DNA of 64,000 nucleotides from an uncultured Candidatus Saccharibacteria bacterium (GTDB lineage: Bacteria; Patescibacteriota; Minisyncoccia; Phycocordibacterales; UBA12088): assembly GCA_964521185.1 (NCBI GenBank), contig CAZFRC010000001.1, positions 7,023-71,022 of the forward strand. Reading direction: 5' to 3'. Shown one piece after another: positions 36,830 to 47,574 of the stretch. Every line of letters starts with the position of its first letter. Position 1 is the stretch's first letter. The translations under genes were made by a program, and so were the position numbers. The notes below the pieces were generated by a model, which was not told the DNA's origin, ran no database searches, and was given only the letters and a program-made list of their open reading frames with translations.

Positions 36830-38233
36830 ATGCCAAATATTCCCGACACTCAGCCATCGTCTGAAGAATTCAAAACGATTACCGAAAATCTCTATAAGCA
36901 GAACCTCGAGCTTTCGGTAATCAACAAAACGCTCTCGCTTCTCCAAGAGCTTTATAAAATCAGCATTCAGAATCTTGGGTCACGCCAGATTTCGGCCCGT
37001 ATTAGCGAAACGATTCGATCCAGCCTGAATTTCGAACGAGTCAGCATCCTCCGATACACAGCTGAATTAGACAGCCTTACACAAATCGCATCAGCAGAAT
37101 CTACACGTTTCCATGTCGCCCGCGGCGACTCGCCGTCTTATTTCGATAATGACTCAACCATAGAAAACGCCTCCATTCATGCGTTCTTTTCCGATCCTAT
37201 CAGCAAAAACCAGATGGGTTATACCGAAGATGTTTCATTAGTATGGGGAACCTATGTTCCAAAAGAATCTCTTCTGAAAATAATTTCAGAAGGCCATGTT
37301 CGCTCTGTTATCGCGTTTCCTCTCATCATTGAAGATAAAGTGGTCGGCACATGGGTTAGTATTTTAAACCGTCCCTATACGGAACTTGCCACGTACGAAA
37401 AAAAGTCCATAGAAAGCATTTCAAACGTGATTGCTGTCGCGCTTGATAAGGCACTTTTGTATGAAAAATTAAGAGAAAGCAACGAACAACTCGCCCAAAG
37501 CAACGATCGTTTGAAAGAACTCGACCAGCTTAAGACGGAATTTGTATCGATAGCGTCGCACCAATTACGCGCTCCAATTACCGCAATCAAAGGATACGCG
37601 TCACTTATTATCGAAGGGTCGTTCGGCGAGGTGCCCGAAGCGCTTCGCGGAGCCTCCGAACGCATTTTTGAATCGAGTAAATTTATGGCGACTATCATCG
37701 AAGACTTTCTTAATATCACTCGTATCGAACAGGGACATATCAAATACTCTTTGGAAGATTTCAATGTAGTATCCCTTGCATCAAGGGTGGTTGAAGAATA
37801 TCAACATTCTGCACATGAGAAAAAGTTGGGGCTTTCCCTTGAATCTCCCAAAACCACAATCATTGTCCATGCGGATGAAGGAAAAATAAAACAAGCAATC
37901 ACTAACTTGGTAGACAACGCGATAAAATATACGAGCGCGGGTACTATCAGGGTCGTCATTAACATAGTGCCAGAACGCAATAATGTTCAAATTCAAGTCA
38001 TTGATACTGGGATTGGAATCTCCGCTACCGATCAAAATCGATTATTTCAAAAATTTTCTCGAGCAAAAAACGCAAACAATGTAAACGTGCTAGGCACAGG
38101 TCTAGGACTCTATGTGGTGCACGAAATGATGAAAGTACAAGGAGGGAATGTCTCGGTTTTTTCTGAAGGGGAAGGGAAAGGGTCTACATTCACCCTTGAA
38201 ATTCCCCTATCCGAAGAGCAAAAATCAAAATAA
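36830..38233 (+). CDS. GAF-domain sensor histidine kinase
   Basis: H-box SHQLRAPITAIKGYASL, N-box DNAIKYT, G-boxes IDTGIGI and GTGLGLYVV. GAF-like domain upstream of DHp. No response regulator nearby. Confidence 0.85.
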   Translation: MPNIPDTQPSSEEFKTITENLYKQNLELSVINKTLSLLQELYKISIQNLGSRQISARISETIRSSLNFERVSILRYTAELDSLTQIASAESTRFHVARGDSPSYFDNDSTIENASIHAFFSDPISKNQMGYTEDVSLVWGTYVPKESLLKIISEGHVRSVIAFPLIIEDKVVGTWVSILNRPYTELATYEKKSIESISNVIAVALDKALLYEKLRESNEQLAQSNDRLKELDQLKTEFVSIASHQLRAPITAIKGYASLIIEGSFGEVPEALRGASERIFESSKFMATIIEDFLNITRIEQGHIKYSLEDFNVVSLASRVVEEYQHSAHEKKLGLSLESPKTTIIVHADEGKIKQAITNLVDNAIKYTSAGTIRVVINIVPERNNVQIQVIDTGIGISATDQNRLFQKFSRAKNANNVNVLGTGLGLYVVHEMMKVQGGNVSVFSEGEGKGSTFTLEIPLSEEQKSK

Positions 38234-38274
38234 CCGCTTCGCAAGATGGTTTTTTTCTGATACTATCGCTCTGT

Positions 38275-39222
38275 ATGGGAACCAATAAAAAACGTCTCTT
38301 GACAGGGCTCCAACCTTCTGGTCAATTGCATATTGGTAATTATTTTGGAGCGCTCAAGCCCTTTGTTGAGCAATATAAAAATTTTGACAGCGTTCTGATG
38401 GTTGCCGACTACCACGCCCTGACTTCGGTTAAAAATCCAGCCACTTTGAGACAGCGCATCACCGATGTAGTTAAAGACTACCTTGCGCTCGGCATTGACC
38501 CGAATACCGTCATATTGTTTAAACAGTCAGATATCGCAGCACATACTGAGCTTGCTTGGATTTTCGAATGTTTAGTGAGCGTACCCTTTCTGATGCAGGG
38601 TCACGCGTATAAAGATAAAATAGCAAAAGGAATTGAGGCAAATGCGGGACTATTTAACTATCCCATGCTTATGGCAGCCGACATCCTGTTGTACGACACT
38701 GACGTCGTCCCTGTCGGTGAAGATCAACGTCAGCACATCGAATATGCTCGCGAAGCTGCAAACAAATTTAACAACGTATTTGGCGAAACGTTCACTGAAC
38801 CGGATGGAATGATTTTAAAAGGGGTGGGAATCATTCCCGGCACCGATGGCCAAAAGATGAGCAAAAGTTATGGAAATACCATACCGTTGTTCGGTTCTAA
38901 AGATGATATTGCGAAAGCGGTAATGAGTATTGTAACTGACTCGTCTGGAGAATTTCCTATACACGTGCATGCAATACACGCGTTGTACAAAACCACATCA
39001 GAACTGCAGGTACTCTACGAAACTAATAAACATAATTACAAAACCCTCAAAGAAGCGCTCATCGAAGATATAGAACATACGGCGATGCCCATGCGAGAAA
39101 AACGAAATTCTATTTCGGACGAGTATGTGTGGCGCGTATTGGCCGAAGGGGCTGAAAAAGCTCAAGCTATCGCGTCAAAAAAAATAGAGCTTGTGCGTCA
39201 GCGAGTAGGCGTAGTGTTATAA
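38275..39222 (+). CDS. trpS: Tryptophanyl-tRNA synthetase
   Basis: LTGLQPSGQLHIGNYFGA (HIGH region) and KMSKSYGN. Confidence 0.95.
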   Translation: MGTNKKRLLTGLQPSGQLHIGNYFGALKPFVEQYKNFDSVLMVADYHALTSVKNPATLRQRITDVVKDYLALGIDPNTVILFKQSDIAAHTELAWIFECLVSVPFLMQGHAYKDKIAKGIEANAGLFNYPMLMAADILLYDTDVVPVGEDQRQHIEYAREAANKFNNVFGETFTEPDGMILKGVGIIPGTDGQKMSKSYGNTIPLFGSKDDIAKAVMSIVTDSSGEFPIHVHAIHALYKTTSELQVLYETNKHNYKTLKEALIEDIEHTAMPMREKRNSISDEYVWRVLAEGAEKAQAIASKKIELVRQRVGVVL

Positions 39223-39236
39223 ATTAATCTCTTAGT

Positions 39237-40568
39237 ATGGAACGCGCCCTTATCAAAGATTTACACGATTATATAGGAAAAGAAGTAAAGATTGCGGGTT
39301 GGGTAGACACGCGCCGCGATCATGGAAAACTCGCATTTTTTGATATTCGAGATAGGTCAGGCATTCTTCAAACCGTTATCCTTCCGAACCACACGGAAGC
39401 GGTGGCAGCTTCCAAGGAACTTCGTGGAGAATGGGTGGTTGAATGTGTTGGTGTTGTGAACTCGCGACCAGAGAAAATGGTTAACCCTCTTTTGCCAACA
39501 GGGGATATAGAACTTGAAATAACCGCTATCAATATACTTTCGCGGGCGCAGGAACTTCCTTTCGAAAAAGATACCGAGGTCAATCTCGACACCCATCTTG
39601 ATTATCTCCCCTATACCCTCCGATCGAAACGCAGCCAGGACATCTTTACGGTGCAATCCACCATACTTGAGGCGTATCGAGAATCACTCAGACTTCAAGG
39701 ATTTCGAGAATTTCAAGCTCCCGCAATCGTAGGAGGAGATGCGGAAGGCGGTTCAGCAGTTTTTAAAATCAATTATTTCAACAATATCGGAGCATATCTT
39801 GCCACAAGCCCCCAGCTATATAAAGAGATAATGGTTGGAGCATTTGAACGAGCCTTTACCGTCGCAAAGGTATTTCGAGCAGAAAAAAGTGCCACGACGC
39901 GGCATTTGGCGGAAATAACTCAAATGGATTTTGAAATGGGTTTTATACAAAATCATAACGACGTAATGACAGTTCTTGAAAAGGTCATCAGGCATGTGGT
40001 TGCCACAGTCAAAGAACGCCACTCTGACGTATTCCGCTCCATGCAGATTGAACCCCCTCTCGCCCCAGAATCATTCCCCGTACTTACACTAACCGAAGCG
40101 CAACATATTCTTGAGGCAGAAATGAAAACAAAAGTGGTGGGAGAGCTCGATATGGCGCCGGAACATGAACGGGTGATTTGCGAATGGGCGCTTCGAGAAA
40201 AAAAATCAGATTTTATTTTCATCACCCACTACCCAACTAACAGTCGTGCTTTTTACACATATGAGGATCCGACTGAAAAACCATTTTCGAGAAGTTTCGA
40301 CCTTTTATTTAGAGGTATCGAAATAAACAGTGGAAGTCAGCGTATCCACGAATACGACGCTTTGGTGACCCGCATGAAAGAACGTGGTATGGATCCAAAG
40401 AAATTCTCTTACTATCTGCAAGCCTTCAAATACGGCATGCCTCCCCACGGAGGATGTTCGACAGGTCTTGAACGCTTTACGGCACGAATGTTACAAATCC
40501 AAAATGTAAAGGAGGCGACCGCATTTCCTCGCGACATTAATCGCATTGATTCTCTCCTCTCACAATAA
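39237..40568 (+). CDS. aspS: Aspartyl-tRNA synthetase, type 2 (archaeal/eukaryal-like, probably non-discriminating)
   Basis: Class IIb: N-terminal OB fold, motif 2 FRAEKSATTRHLAEITQMDFEM, motif 3 GSQRIHEYDALVTRMKERGMDPKKFSYYLQAFKYGMPPHGGCSTGLERF. YLxAFxYGMPPHGG is AspRS-type rather than AsnRS-type. 443 aa. Confidence 0.8.
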   Translation: MERALIKDLHDYIGKEVKIAGWVDTRRDHGKLAFFDIRDRSGILQTVILPNHTEAVAASKELRGEWVVECVGVVNSRPEKMVNPLLPTGDIELEITAINILSRAQELPFEKDTEVNLDTHLDYLPYTLRSKRSQDIFTVQSTILEAYRESLRLQGFREFQAPAIVGGDAEGGSAVFKINYFNNIGAYLATSPQLYKEIMVGAFERAFTVAKVFRAEKSATTRHLAEITQMDFEMGFIQNHNDVMTVLEKVIRHVVATVKERHSDVFRSMQIEPPLAPESFPVLTLTEAQHILEAEMKTKVVGELDMAPEHERVICEWALREKKSDFIFITHYPTNSRAFYTYEDPTEKPFSRSFDLLFRGIEINSGSQRIHEYDALVTRMKERGMDPKKFSYYLQAFKYGMPPHGGCSTGLERFTARMLQIQNVKEATAFPRDINRIDSLLSQ

Positions 40569-40581
40569 GGCTAGTCATATC

Positions 40582-41322
40582 ATGATTGGGGAAACACGTT
40601 ATCATGTACGCACGGATATCTTCGAAGGCCCATTAGAACTTCTCTTGGAACTTATTGAACGAAGAACATTAGCTATCAATGAAGTCTCGCTTGCCAAAGT
40701 GGCAGACGATTTTATTAACTACGTTAATACGCATGCCAATTTTCCCATTGCTGAAACAGCCCACTTTGTGTTGATCGCAGCAACACTTCTCTTGATAAAA
40801 TCGAAATCGCTACTCCCAACCATGGAACTTACCGAGGAAGAGAGGGCTTCGGTTGAAGATTTGGAACGACGTCTTGTTCTATATAGAAAATTTCGAGAAA
40901 TTGCTGATCGGCTACAACAGGGAGCAACATGCGCATCTCTCTATGCTCGAGAACGTGCAGTCGAACGCCCTATTGTATTTGCGCCACATTCCAAGATGAC
41001 GCTCCCAAACATTCACGCCAGTATCGTGTCCCTTATTTCATCGCTTCGAGCCAATGAACATTCGATCCCCAAAACAGTGGTGAAAAAGGTGATTAGCCTT
41101 GAAGAAATGATCGAGCAATTGGCTAAGCGCATCCAATCGAGTTTGAAAGTATCGTTTCGTGAATTTTCAAAAAAAGATCGTGCCGAACGTATGGAAGTGA
41201 TTGTGGGATTTCTTGCAATGCTTGAACTGGTAAAACAAGGAATGATTGCGGTTGTCCAAGAAGACCGTTTTTCTGATATTATTATGTCGAATGATCGGAT
41301 AGATACCCCACGATACGTATGA
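40582..41322 (+). CDS. scpA: Segregation and condensation protein A
   Basis: FEGPLELLLELIERRTLAINEVSLAKVADDF matches the ScpA N-terminus. ATG at 40582 follows the aspS stop. Overlaps scpB by 4 nt. Confidence 0.85.
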   Translation: MIGETRYHVRTDIFEGPLELLLELIERRTLAINEVSLAKVADDFINYVNTHANFPIAETAHFVLIAATLLLIKSKSLLPTMELTEEERASVEDLERRLVLYRKFREIADRLQQGATCASLYARERAVERPIVFAPHSKMTLPNIHASIVSLISSLRANEHSIPKTVVKKVISLEEMIEQLAKRIQSSLKVSFREFSKKDRAERMEVIVGFLAMLELVKQGMIAVVQEDRFSDIIMSNDRIDTPRYV

Positions 41323-41882
41323 CGACAGATATTGAAGCCACCCTTGAGGCAATTCTTTTTTACTTTGCCGAACCAGTATCGCTACGAAAACTGTCAGAGA
41401 TCACAGGTGTTTCTGCGACTGAGGTTTCCGCCGCACTTCAAACTTTGCAAACAAATCTTGAATCAAGGGGTATACGACTCGTGCACATACACGAAGAATA
41501 CGAACTCCGTACCGCACCGAACGCCGCCCATTGGATTGAAAAAATTCGAAAAGAGGAGCTTTCAAGGGATTTGGGACGCGCCGGACTTGAGACTCTTGCT
41601 ATTGTATTATACCAAGGTCCAATATCCCGTGCAGATATCGATTACATCCGAGGAGTAAATTCGTCATTCATTTTAAGAGCTTTGCTAATGCGGGGACTCA
41701 TTGAGCGGGTACCGAATCCCAAAGATGATCGAGCGTATTTGTATAAAGGCACACATGAATTATTAGGATATTTTGGCGTTACCTCAATGCAAGAACTTCC
41801 CGAATATGAAAAAATAATTGCAGACCTCTCTCTCCTTAAAGAAACCACAACGAACCCCGAAGCAACACAATCCTCTTCTTGA
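41319..41882 (+). CDS. scpB: Segregation and condensation protein B
   Basis: LEAILFYFAEPVSLRKLSEITGVS...two winged-helix repeats. Confidence 0.85.
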   Translation: MTTDIEATLEAILFYFAEPVSLRKLSEITGVSATEVSAALQTLQTNLESRGIRLVHIHEEYELRTAPNAAHWIEKIRKEELSRDLGRAGLETLAIVLYQGPISRADIDYIRGVNSSFILRALLMRGLIERVPNPKDDRAYLYKGTHELLGYFGVTSMQELPEYEKIIADLSLLKETTTNPEATQSSS

Positions 41883-41883
41883 T

Positions 41884-42903
41884 ATGCCCTCTATCGAATC
41901 CGATTCAAATATTTCGCCAACCGATGTTCAAAGCGAAACAGCATGGCATTTGGTATCAGGCCTTATTCTCACGACCATACTTCTCTTTGGCAGTATTGGA
42001 TGGGGGTTTTCCTTATCTTATTATCAGAAACCAATACCGAATCAAAACAATGTGGGAGCCGCCCATGTTCTTTCTCCGTTTGAAACTCTTCATATCCGGG
42101 GAAAAGCTGTGTATGTGTACGACGTCGCTAAACGGAAAGTTATCTATGAAAAAAATGCGTCCGCTCAACTCCCATTGGCTTCTCTCACCAAACTTCTCAC
42201 CGTTTTGCTTGCGATTGAACATCGATCTCTCAACGATCGTCTTATAATTCCGAAATTTGTACCCGAAGCGAGTGGTGGAAGTCTTCTTGTGCCCGGAAGT
42301 ACTTGGTCTATTCGAGACCTTATCACATACGCACTGGTTGCTTCTTCAAACGATGCGGCGGCGGCGCTTGCGTATGCGGTGTTGGTGGCACAAGGAGAGA
42401 TGACCATCTCTTCTCTTTCGGAACTCTATGAATTATCTTCTAAAATTCTTAATATAAAATCAGAAGCGTTAGGACTTACTGAAACTTATTTCTTAAATCC
42501 AACAGGTCTTGATTCTTCAGAAGAAGTAGCAGGCGCGTATGGTTCTGCGCAAAACGTTGGCACAGTACTCGAAGCGCTAATACTTCGATATCCAGAATTA
42601 ATGGTTGACTCAACAATTTCAACCATAACAATACACAACGCGGAAGGGGAAAGTGTTACGATCGAAAACACAAATCCTGATGCTTCTGCTATTGCCGGCA
42701 TTTCCGCTTCTAAAACTGGTTATACCGATCTTGCCGGAGGTAATCTAGCAATAGCCTTCAATGCAGAAAAGGATTCTCATCCGATTATAATAGTAGTTCT
42801 TGGATCGACCCGTGAAGATCGTTTTCATGACGTAGAAAGTCTTGTTGCCGTCATACAACACCTCTTCAATACAGAACAGCCGGTACATTCATTATCTCTT
42901 TGA
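41884..42903 (+). CDS. D-alanyl-D-alanine carboxypeptidase (peptidase S11, PBP5-like)
   Basis: SxxK ASLTKLLT, SxN ASSNDAAAAL, KTG SKTGYT. N-terminal TM. ATG at 41884 immediately after the scpB stop. Confidence 0.8.
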   Translation: MPSIESDSNISPTDVQSETAWHLVSGLILTTILLFGSIGWGFSLSYYQKPIPNQNNVGAAHVLSPFETLHIRGKAVYVYDVAKRKVIYEKNASAQLPLASLTKLLTVLLAIEHRSLNDRLIIPKFVPEASGGSLLVPGSTWSIRDLITYALVASSNDAAAALAYAVLVAQGEMTISSLSELYELSSKILNIKSEALGLTETYFLNPTGLDSSEEVAGAYGSAQNVGTVLEALILRYPELMVDSTISTITIHNAEGESVTIENTNPDASAIAGISASKTGYTDLAGGNLAIAFNAEKDSHPIIIVVLGSTREDRFHDVESLVAVIQHLFNTEQPVHSLSL

Positions 42904-42934
42904 AGAGTCCGCATTTGGAGATATACTGGTTCCC

Positions 42935-43990
42935 ATGCTTGATACGCTCAAAGTAGTCCTTCCTGCGATACTTGCGTTCTCAATTGGAATAGGTATCACT
43001 CCCGTAATTACTCATTACCTCTACAAATATCGTGTATGGAAAAAACGTCCAGGAAAAACAGCGCTTGATGGTTCGGAGGCGGTTGAATTCAATAAAATTG
43101 ACAGGGGGAGAGAGGGGCACGTGCCACGCATGGGAGGAATTGTAATATGGGCTAGCGTATTCCTTGCGACCGGAGTGTTATTCATGTGTTCGCGCCTATT
43201 TCCAGGATCCATATTCGGCAAACTTGATTTTCTGAGCAGAGACCAAACTTGGATACCGCTTAGCACTCTTTTGGTCGGAGGTGTTGTGGGATTCATTAAC
43301 GACCTCCTTGATGTTCGAGAAGAAGCCCGAGGTATTCCACTCAACATTCGACTGTTTGTAGTGACAGCGCTTTCTGGAGCTATTGGATGGTGGTTTTATG
43401 CCAAACTCGGGGTATCGGCAATAGGTATTCCATTCTTTGGATCGGTGCCAACAGACGGGTTAATAGTTCCTTTGTTTATTCTTGTTTCCCTTGTGTTATA
43501 CGCAAGTGGCGTCATCGACGGAATTGATGGATTGTCCGGAGGTGTATTTGCGTCGGTATTTTCCGCATTTGCTATTATTGCATTTTCTCAAAATCAAATT
43601 AATTTAGCAGCATTCTGCGCAGCCATGACAGGAGGGTTATTGGCATTTTTATGGTTCAACATTCCTCCAGCACGTTTTTGGATGACGGAAACTGGTACTA
43701 TGGGAATCACCCTTACTATCGCAACCGTGGCTTTTCTTGCAAACCTCAAAGGAGAGGGCAGGGGAATTGCCGCACTTCCTATAGTTGGCGCGCTTCTTTT
43801 TGCCACCGTTGCCTCCAACATCCTTCAAGTAACTTGGAAACGCCTCTTCAGGAGGAAATTATTCAAAATCGCACCGCTCCATCATCACTTTGAATCTATC
43901 GGCTGGCCCGGATATAAGGTCACCATGCGTTACTGGGTACTTTCGATTATTTTTGCCTTCTCAGGAGTGTTAGTGGCGTTATCGGGTTAA
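42935..43990 (+). CDS. mraY: Phospho-N-acetylmuramoyl-pentapeptide transferase
   Basis: Polytopic protein. GLDGL-type motif IDGIDGLSGG. C-terminal APLHHHFESIGWPGYKVTMRYW. Confidence 0.9.
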   Translation: MLDTLKVVLPAILAFSIGIGITPVITHYLYKYRVWKKRPGKTALDGSEAVEFNKIDRGREGHVPRMGGIVIWASVFLATGVLFMCSRLFPGSIFGKLDFLSRDQTWIPLSTLLVGGVVGFINDLLDVREEARGIPLNIRLFVVTALSGAIGWWFYAKLGVSAIGIPFFGSVPTDGLIVPLFILVSLVLYASGVIDGIDGLSGGVFASVFSAFAIIAFSQNQINLAAFCAAMTGGLLAFLWFNIPPARFWMTETGTMGITLTIATVAFLANLKGEGRGIAALPIVGALLFATVASNILQVTWKRLFRRKLFKIAPLHHHFESIGWPGYKVTMRYWVLSIIFAFSGVLVALSG

Positions 43991-44000
43991 AAGGCTATCC

Positions 44001-45101
44001 ATGTTTCATCCATTTGCCAAAATCGACCGCCCTTTTTTAATTATCACCCTAGTTCTTATTACATTTGGTTTTTTGATATTCTGTTCGGCCGCCCTCGGAT
44101 TACTTGCACGAAGCGGAGCCCCGTTTTCAGTAGTAGCAACAAATCAAATAGTATTTGGAATCATCGGAGGTCTCGGCGCTCTATTCTTTGCCTTGCTTTT
44201 GCCGCTTTCATTTCTCTTTAAATATTCCTGGTGGTTTCTTGCTGGAGCGGTCATACTCATGCTTCTTGTATTTATCCCGGGTATCGGTCTTGAGGCTGGA
44301 GGCGCCCGCCGATGGATTGATCTTGGAATAGCAACCTTCCAGCCTTCTGAGCTTTTGAAAATAGCCCTTATTCTTGTATACGCTCGCACACTTTCCAAAG
44401 CCAAGCAGCACGTCCAAAGTTTTCAAAATGGTCTTTTGCCGCTACTGATCCTCCTGTCTCTTTCCGGGACGCTCATGCTGCTTCAACCGGATACTGGAAC
44501 CTTTCTTATAATGGCAGCTTCGCTTGTCGCTATGTTCATTGCAGCGGGAGGTCGCGCTCGCGACCTCACGATCCTCTTCCTTATTGCTGTTGTTGGAATT
44601 ATGATACTCGCGTTTTTTCGCCCTTACGTTGCTGACCGTATTAGTACTTTTATTGACCCGAACAGCGATCCCCACGGTTCAAGCTATCAGCTCCAACAAT
44701 CCTTAATCGCCATTGGGTCCGGGGGATTGTGGGGCCGGGGATTTGGGCAGAGCGTGCAGAAATTCGACTATCTGCCAGAACCCATCGGAGATTCGATTTT
44801 TGCTGTGTACGCGGAAGAATTTGGATTTTTGGGGAGTATGGTGCTTCTTAGTCTGTTTGTGGCCTTATCGCTTCGAGGACTTCGAATTGCGAGCAATGCA
44901 AAAGATCTCTTTGGTGGACTCGTTGTCGTGGGAATTGTTATACTGATAACGTCCCAGTCCTACGTCAACATGGCCGCAATGCTTGGACTTATTCCGTTAA
45001 CCGGAGTTCCTTTATTGTTCGTAAGTCACGGTGGTTCTGCATTATTACTTGCGTTATTTGAAGTAGGGCTGGTATTGAATATTTCACGACGGCGAACATG
45101 A
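44001..45101 (+). CDS. ftsW: SEDS-family peptidoglycan glycosyltransferase FtsW/RodA
   Basis: 10-TM protein with MLGLIPLTGVPLLFVSHGGSALL (SEDS signature). Confidence 0.9.
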   Translation: MFHPFAKIDRPFLIITLVLITFGFLIFCSAALGLLARSGAPFSVVATNQIVFGIIGGLGALFFALLLPLSFLFKYSWWFLAGAVILMLLVFIPGIGLEAGGARRWIDLGIATFQPSELLKIALILVYARTLSKAKQHVQSFQNGLLPLLILLSLSGTLMLLQPDTGTFLIMAASLVAMFIAAGGRARDLTILFLIAVVGIMILAFFRPYVADRISTFIDPNSDPHGSSYQLQQSLIAIGSGGLWGRGFGQSVQKFDYLPEPIGDSIFAVYAEEFGFLGSMVLLSLFVALSLRGLRIASNAKDLFGGLVVVGIVILITSQSYVNMAAMLGLIPLTGVPLLFVSHGGSALLLALFEVGLVLNISRRRT

Positions 45102-46228
45102 AAATAGTATTTACTGGAGGTGGAAGCGGGGGGCATTTTTACCCCATTATAGCCATAGCGGAAGCTTTGGAGGATATTGTAGAGAAAAAAAATCTAATAA
45201 AACCAGCATTGTATTACATGGGCCCAACTCCATACGACGAGAGGCTTTTGTTTGAACATGAGATCCAATATTTGCAGGCACCAGCAGGAAAGATGCGGAT
45301 GTATAGCGATATAAAAAATGTATTCGATTACTTTCGTACTTTTATAGGCGTTGTCAAATCGATTTTTGTACTATGGAGCATTTTCCCTGACGTGGTGGTG
45401 TCGAAAGGAGGATACGCGAGTTTTCCCACTACAGTAGCCGCGTGGCTGCTCGGTATTCCTATTTTTGTCCATGATTCAGATGCGATTCCCGGACGGGCAA
45501 ATATATGGGCGGGACAACACGCCCGCGCTGTAGCAGTATCTTATCCAGAAGCAGCGGAATATTTTCAAAAAAAAGAAGTCGTGGTGTTTACTGGAAATCC
45601 TGTAAGGAAAGAATTGCAGCACGCGGCTCGTGAAGGAGGTCATGACTTTTTCAAGTTGCAACCATTACTGAAGACAATACTCGTGCTTGGCGGTTCACAA
45701 GGCGCGACTTTTCTTAACGACGTGATTCTCGAAGCGCTGCCACTCATAGTCAACGATTACCAGATTATTCACCAGACGGGAACCGCAAACGAACAAGAAG
45801 TGTCTTCTACTGCCAATGTAATTCTAGAAAACAATCCTCATAAAAATCGGTATTATCCTGTTGGATATTTAAATGCCGCGGCACTCAAAATGGCCGCGGG
45901 TGCTGCCGATCTTGTGGTATCACGGGCCGGAAGTGGCAGTATTTTTGAAATAGCCGCATGGGGAAAACCTTCCATTCTTATACCGATTCCAAAAGATATT
46001 AGTCGTGACCAGCACACTAATGCGTTTGCATATGCGCGAACAGGAGCTGCAACAGTGATTGAACAGAATAATTTCACCCCACACGTCCTAATTGCAGAAT
46101 TACATCGAATTCTCGATAATCCGGGTATTTACGAAGCACTCGCAAAAGCCGCTTCGAATTTTGGAAAAAAAGATGCCGCGCAAAAAATAGCCGAGAAAAT
46201 CGTCGCACTTGTTATAGAACATGAATAA
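45098..46228 (+). CDS. murG: UDP-N-acetylglucosamine--N-acetylmuramyl-(pentapeptide) pyrophosphoryl-undecaprenol N-acetylglucosamine transferase
   Basis: MKIVFTGGGSGGHFYPIIAIAEAL. GT28 N- and C-terminal domains. 4-nt overlap with ftsW. Confidence 0.9.
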   Translation: MKIVFTGGGSGGHFYPIIAIAEALEDIVEKKNLIKPALYYMGPTPYDERLLFEHEIQYLQAPAGKMRMYSDIKNVFDYFRTFIGVVKSIFVLWSIFPDVVVSKGGYASFPTTVAAWLLGIPIFVHDSDAIPGRANIWAGQHARAVAVSYPEAAEYFQKKEVVVFTGNPVRKELQHAAREGGHDFFKLQPLLKTILVLGGSQGATFLNDVILEALPLIVNDYQIIHQTGTANEQEVSSTANVILENNPHKNRYYPVGYLNAAALKMAAGAADLVVSRAGSGSIFEIAAWGKPSILIPIPKDISRDQHTNAFAYARTGAATVIEQNNFTPHVLIAELHRILDNPGIYEALAKAASNFGKKDAAQKIAEKIVALVIEHE

Positions 46229-47546
46229 AGGTGTCATTACCCGTTTTGCGCCAAGTCCAACCGGCTTTCTTCATGCCGGTAACTACAGGACAGCGGTGTT
46301 TGCATATCTTTTTGCTCGACACGCCAAAGGAGCGTTTGTGCTACGTATTGAAGACACAGATCGCATACGATCTAAAAAAGAATATGAAGATAACATTCTC
46401 GAGTGCCTGAACTGGCTTACGCTTGAACATGATGCGTTTTACAGACAGAGCGATCATGTCAATCGGCACCGTGAACTTCTTGAACGTCTTATTTCAGAAG
46501 ACAAAGCCTATCTATCAAAAGAAGCTGACGAAGAAGGGAAGCGTGGTGAAGTGATTCGTTTTCGAAATCCCAAAAAACTTGTTACCTTTGTAGACGCTAT
46601 TCGAGGTCCCATTACTGTGGATACCACTGATCTTGGTGATTTCGTTATTGCAAAAGCTTTGGATGAACCTGTATTTCATTTTGTAGTGGTCGTCGATGAT
46701 TTTGATGAAGGGATTTCTCATGTGATACGTGGAGAAGACCATATTTCGAATACTCCGCGCCAAATTTTGATCCAAGAGGCACTTGGATTTTCGATGCCTA
46801 TCTATGCACATCTTCCGCTTGTCATCGGCAAAGATCGAACAAAATTGTCCAAGCGTCGAGGCGCGAAACCTCTACTTGAATATCGAAACATGGGGATTCT
46901 GTCTGATGCGCTTTTAAACTACATTGCACTTCTTGGATGGAATCCTGGCACACCACAAGAAATATTTAGCAAAGAAAATCTTATCGAATCGTTTTCTCTT
47001 GAAAAAATACAACGAAGTCCTGGCATGTTCGACGAAGAAAAACTTCGATGGGTAAACAAAAAACACATCGAGCTTCTTTCCGATGAAGAAATCAAAAAAA
47101 ACATAACGCCGCTTGTCCAGTCTACTATAGCCAATAGTGCTGTGGTGATATCTGACATCAAAACCAGAATAAGCGCGTTTAGTGATGTAACCACGCTGGC
47201 ACATAATGGCGAATTTGATGTATATACTAAAAAACCAACACTTGAGCCCAAAAAACTGCCCTGGCGTGAATCAAACCCAGAAAAAACAAAACACGTTTTG
47301 CGTGAGACCATCGATATTTTGAAAAAAAAGGAAGGGGCAATAACCATTGATTCCATGAAAGAGACTCTTTCTCCGCTCGTCGAAAAAGAAGGGAAGGGGG
47401 CTGTGTTGTGGCCAATCCGATACGCACTCTCTGGTAAAGATCGGTCTCCTGATCCCTACACCCTTTTGGCTGCTATTGAAGAGATATATGGACGAGGAGA
47501 AGTATTAGCTCGACTGGAAGCCGCACATGATATTTTATTAGGATGA
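46221..47546 (+). CDS. gltX: Glutamyl-tRNA synthetase (possibly non-discriminating)
   Basis: RFAPSPTGFLHAGNYRTAVF (HIGH region), KLSKRRGA. 441 aa. 8-nt overlap with murG. Confidence 0.95.
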   Translation: MNKGVITRFAPSPTGFLHAGNYRTAVFAYLFARHAKGAFVLRIEDTDRIRSKKEYEDNILECLNWLTLEHDAFYRQSDHVNRHRELLERLISEDKAYLSKEADEEGKRGEVIRFRNPKKLVTFVDAIRGPITVDTTDLGDFVIAKALDEPVFHFVVVVDDFDEGISHVIRGEDHISNTPRQILIQEALGFSMPIYAHLPLVIGKDRTKLSKRRGAKPLLEYRNMGILSDALLNYIALLGWNPGTPQEIFSKENLIESFSLEKIQRSPGMFDEEKLRWVNKKHIELLSDEEIKKNITPLVQSTIANSAVVISDIKTRISAFSDVTTLAHNGEFDVYTKKPTLEPKKLPWRESNPEKTKHVLRETIDILKKKEGAITIDSMKETLSPLVEKEGKGAVLWPIRYALSGKDRSPDPYTLLAAIEEIYGRGEVLARLEAAHDILLG

Positions 47547-47574
47547 ATGAAAGTCAGAGGGCAAAAAGCATGCT

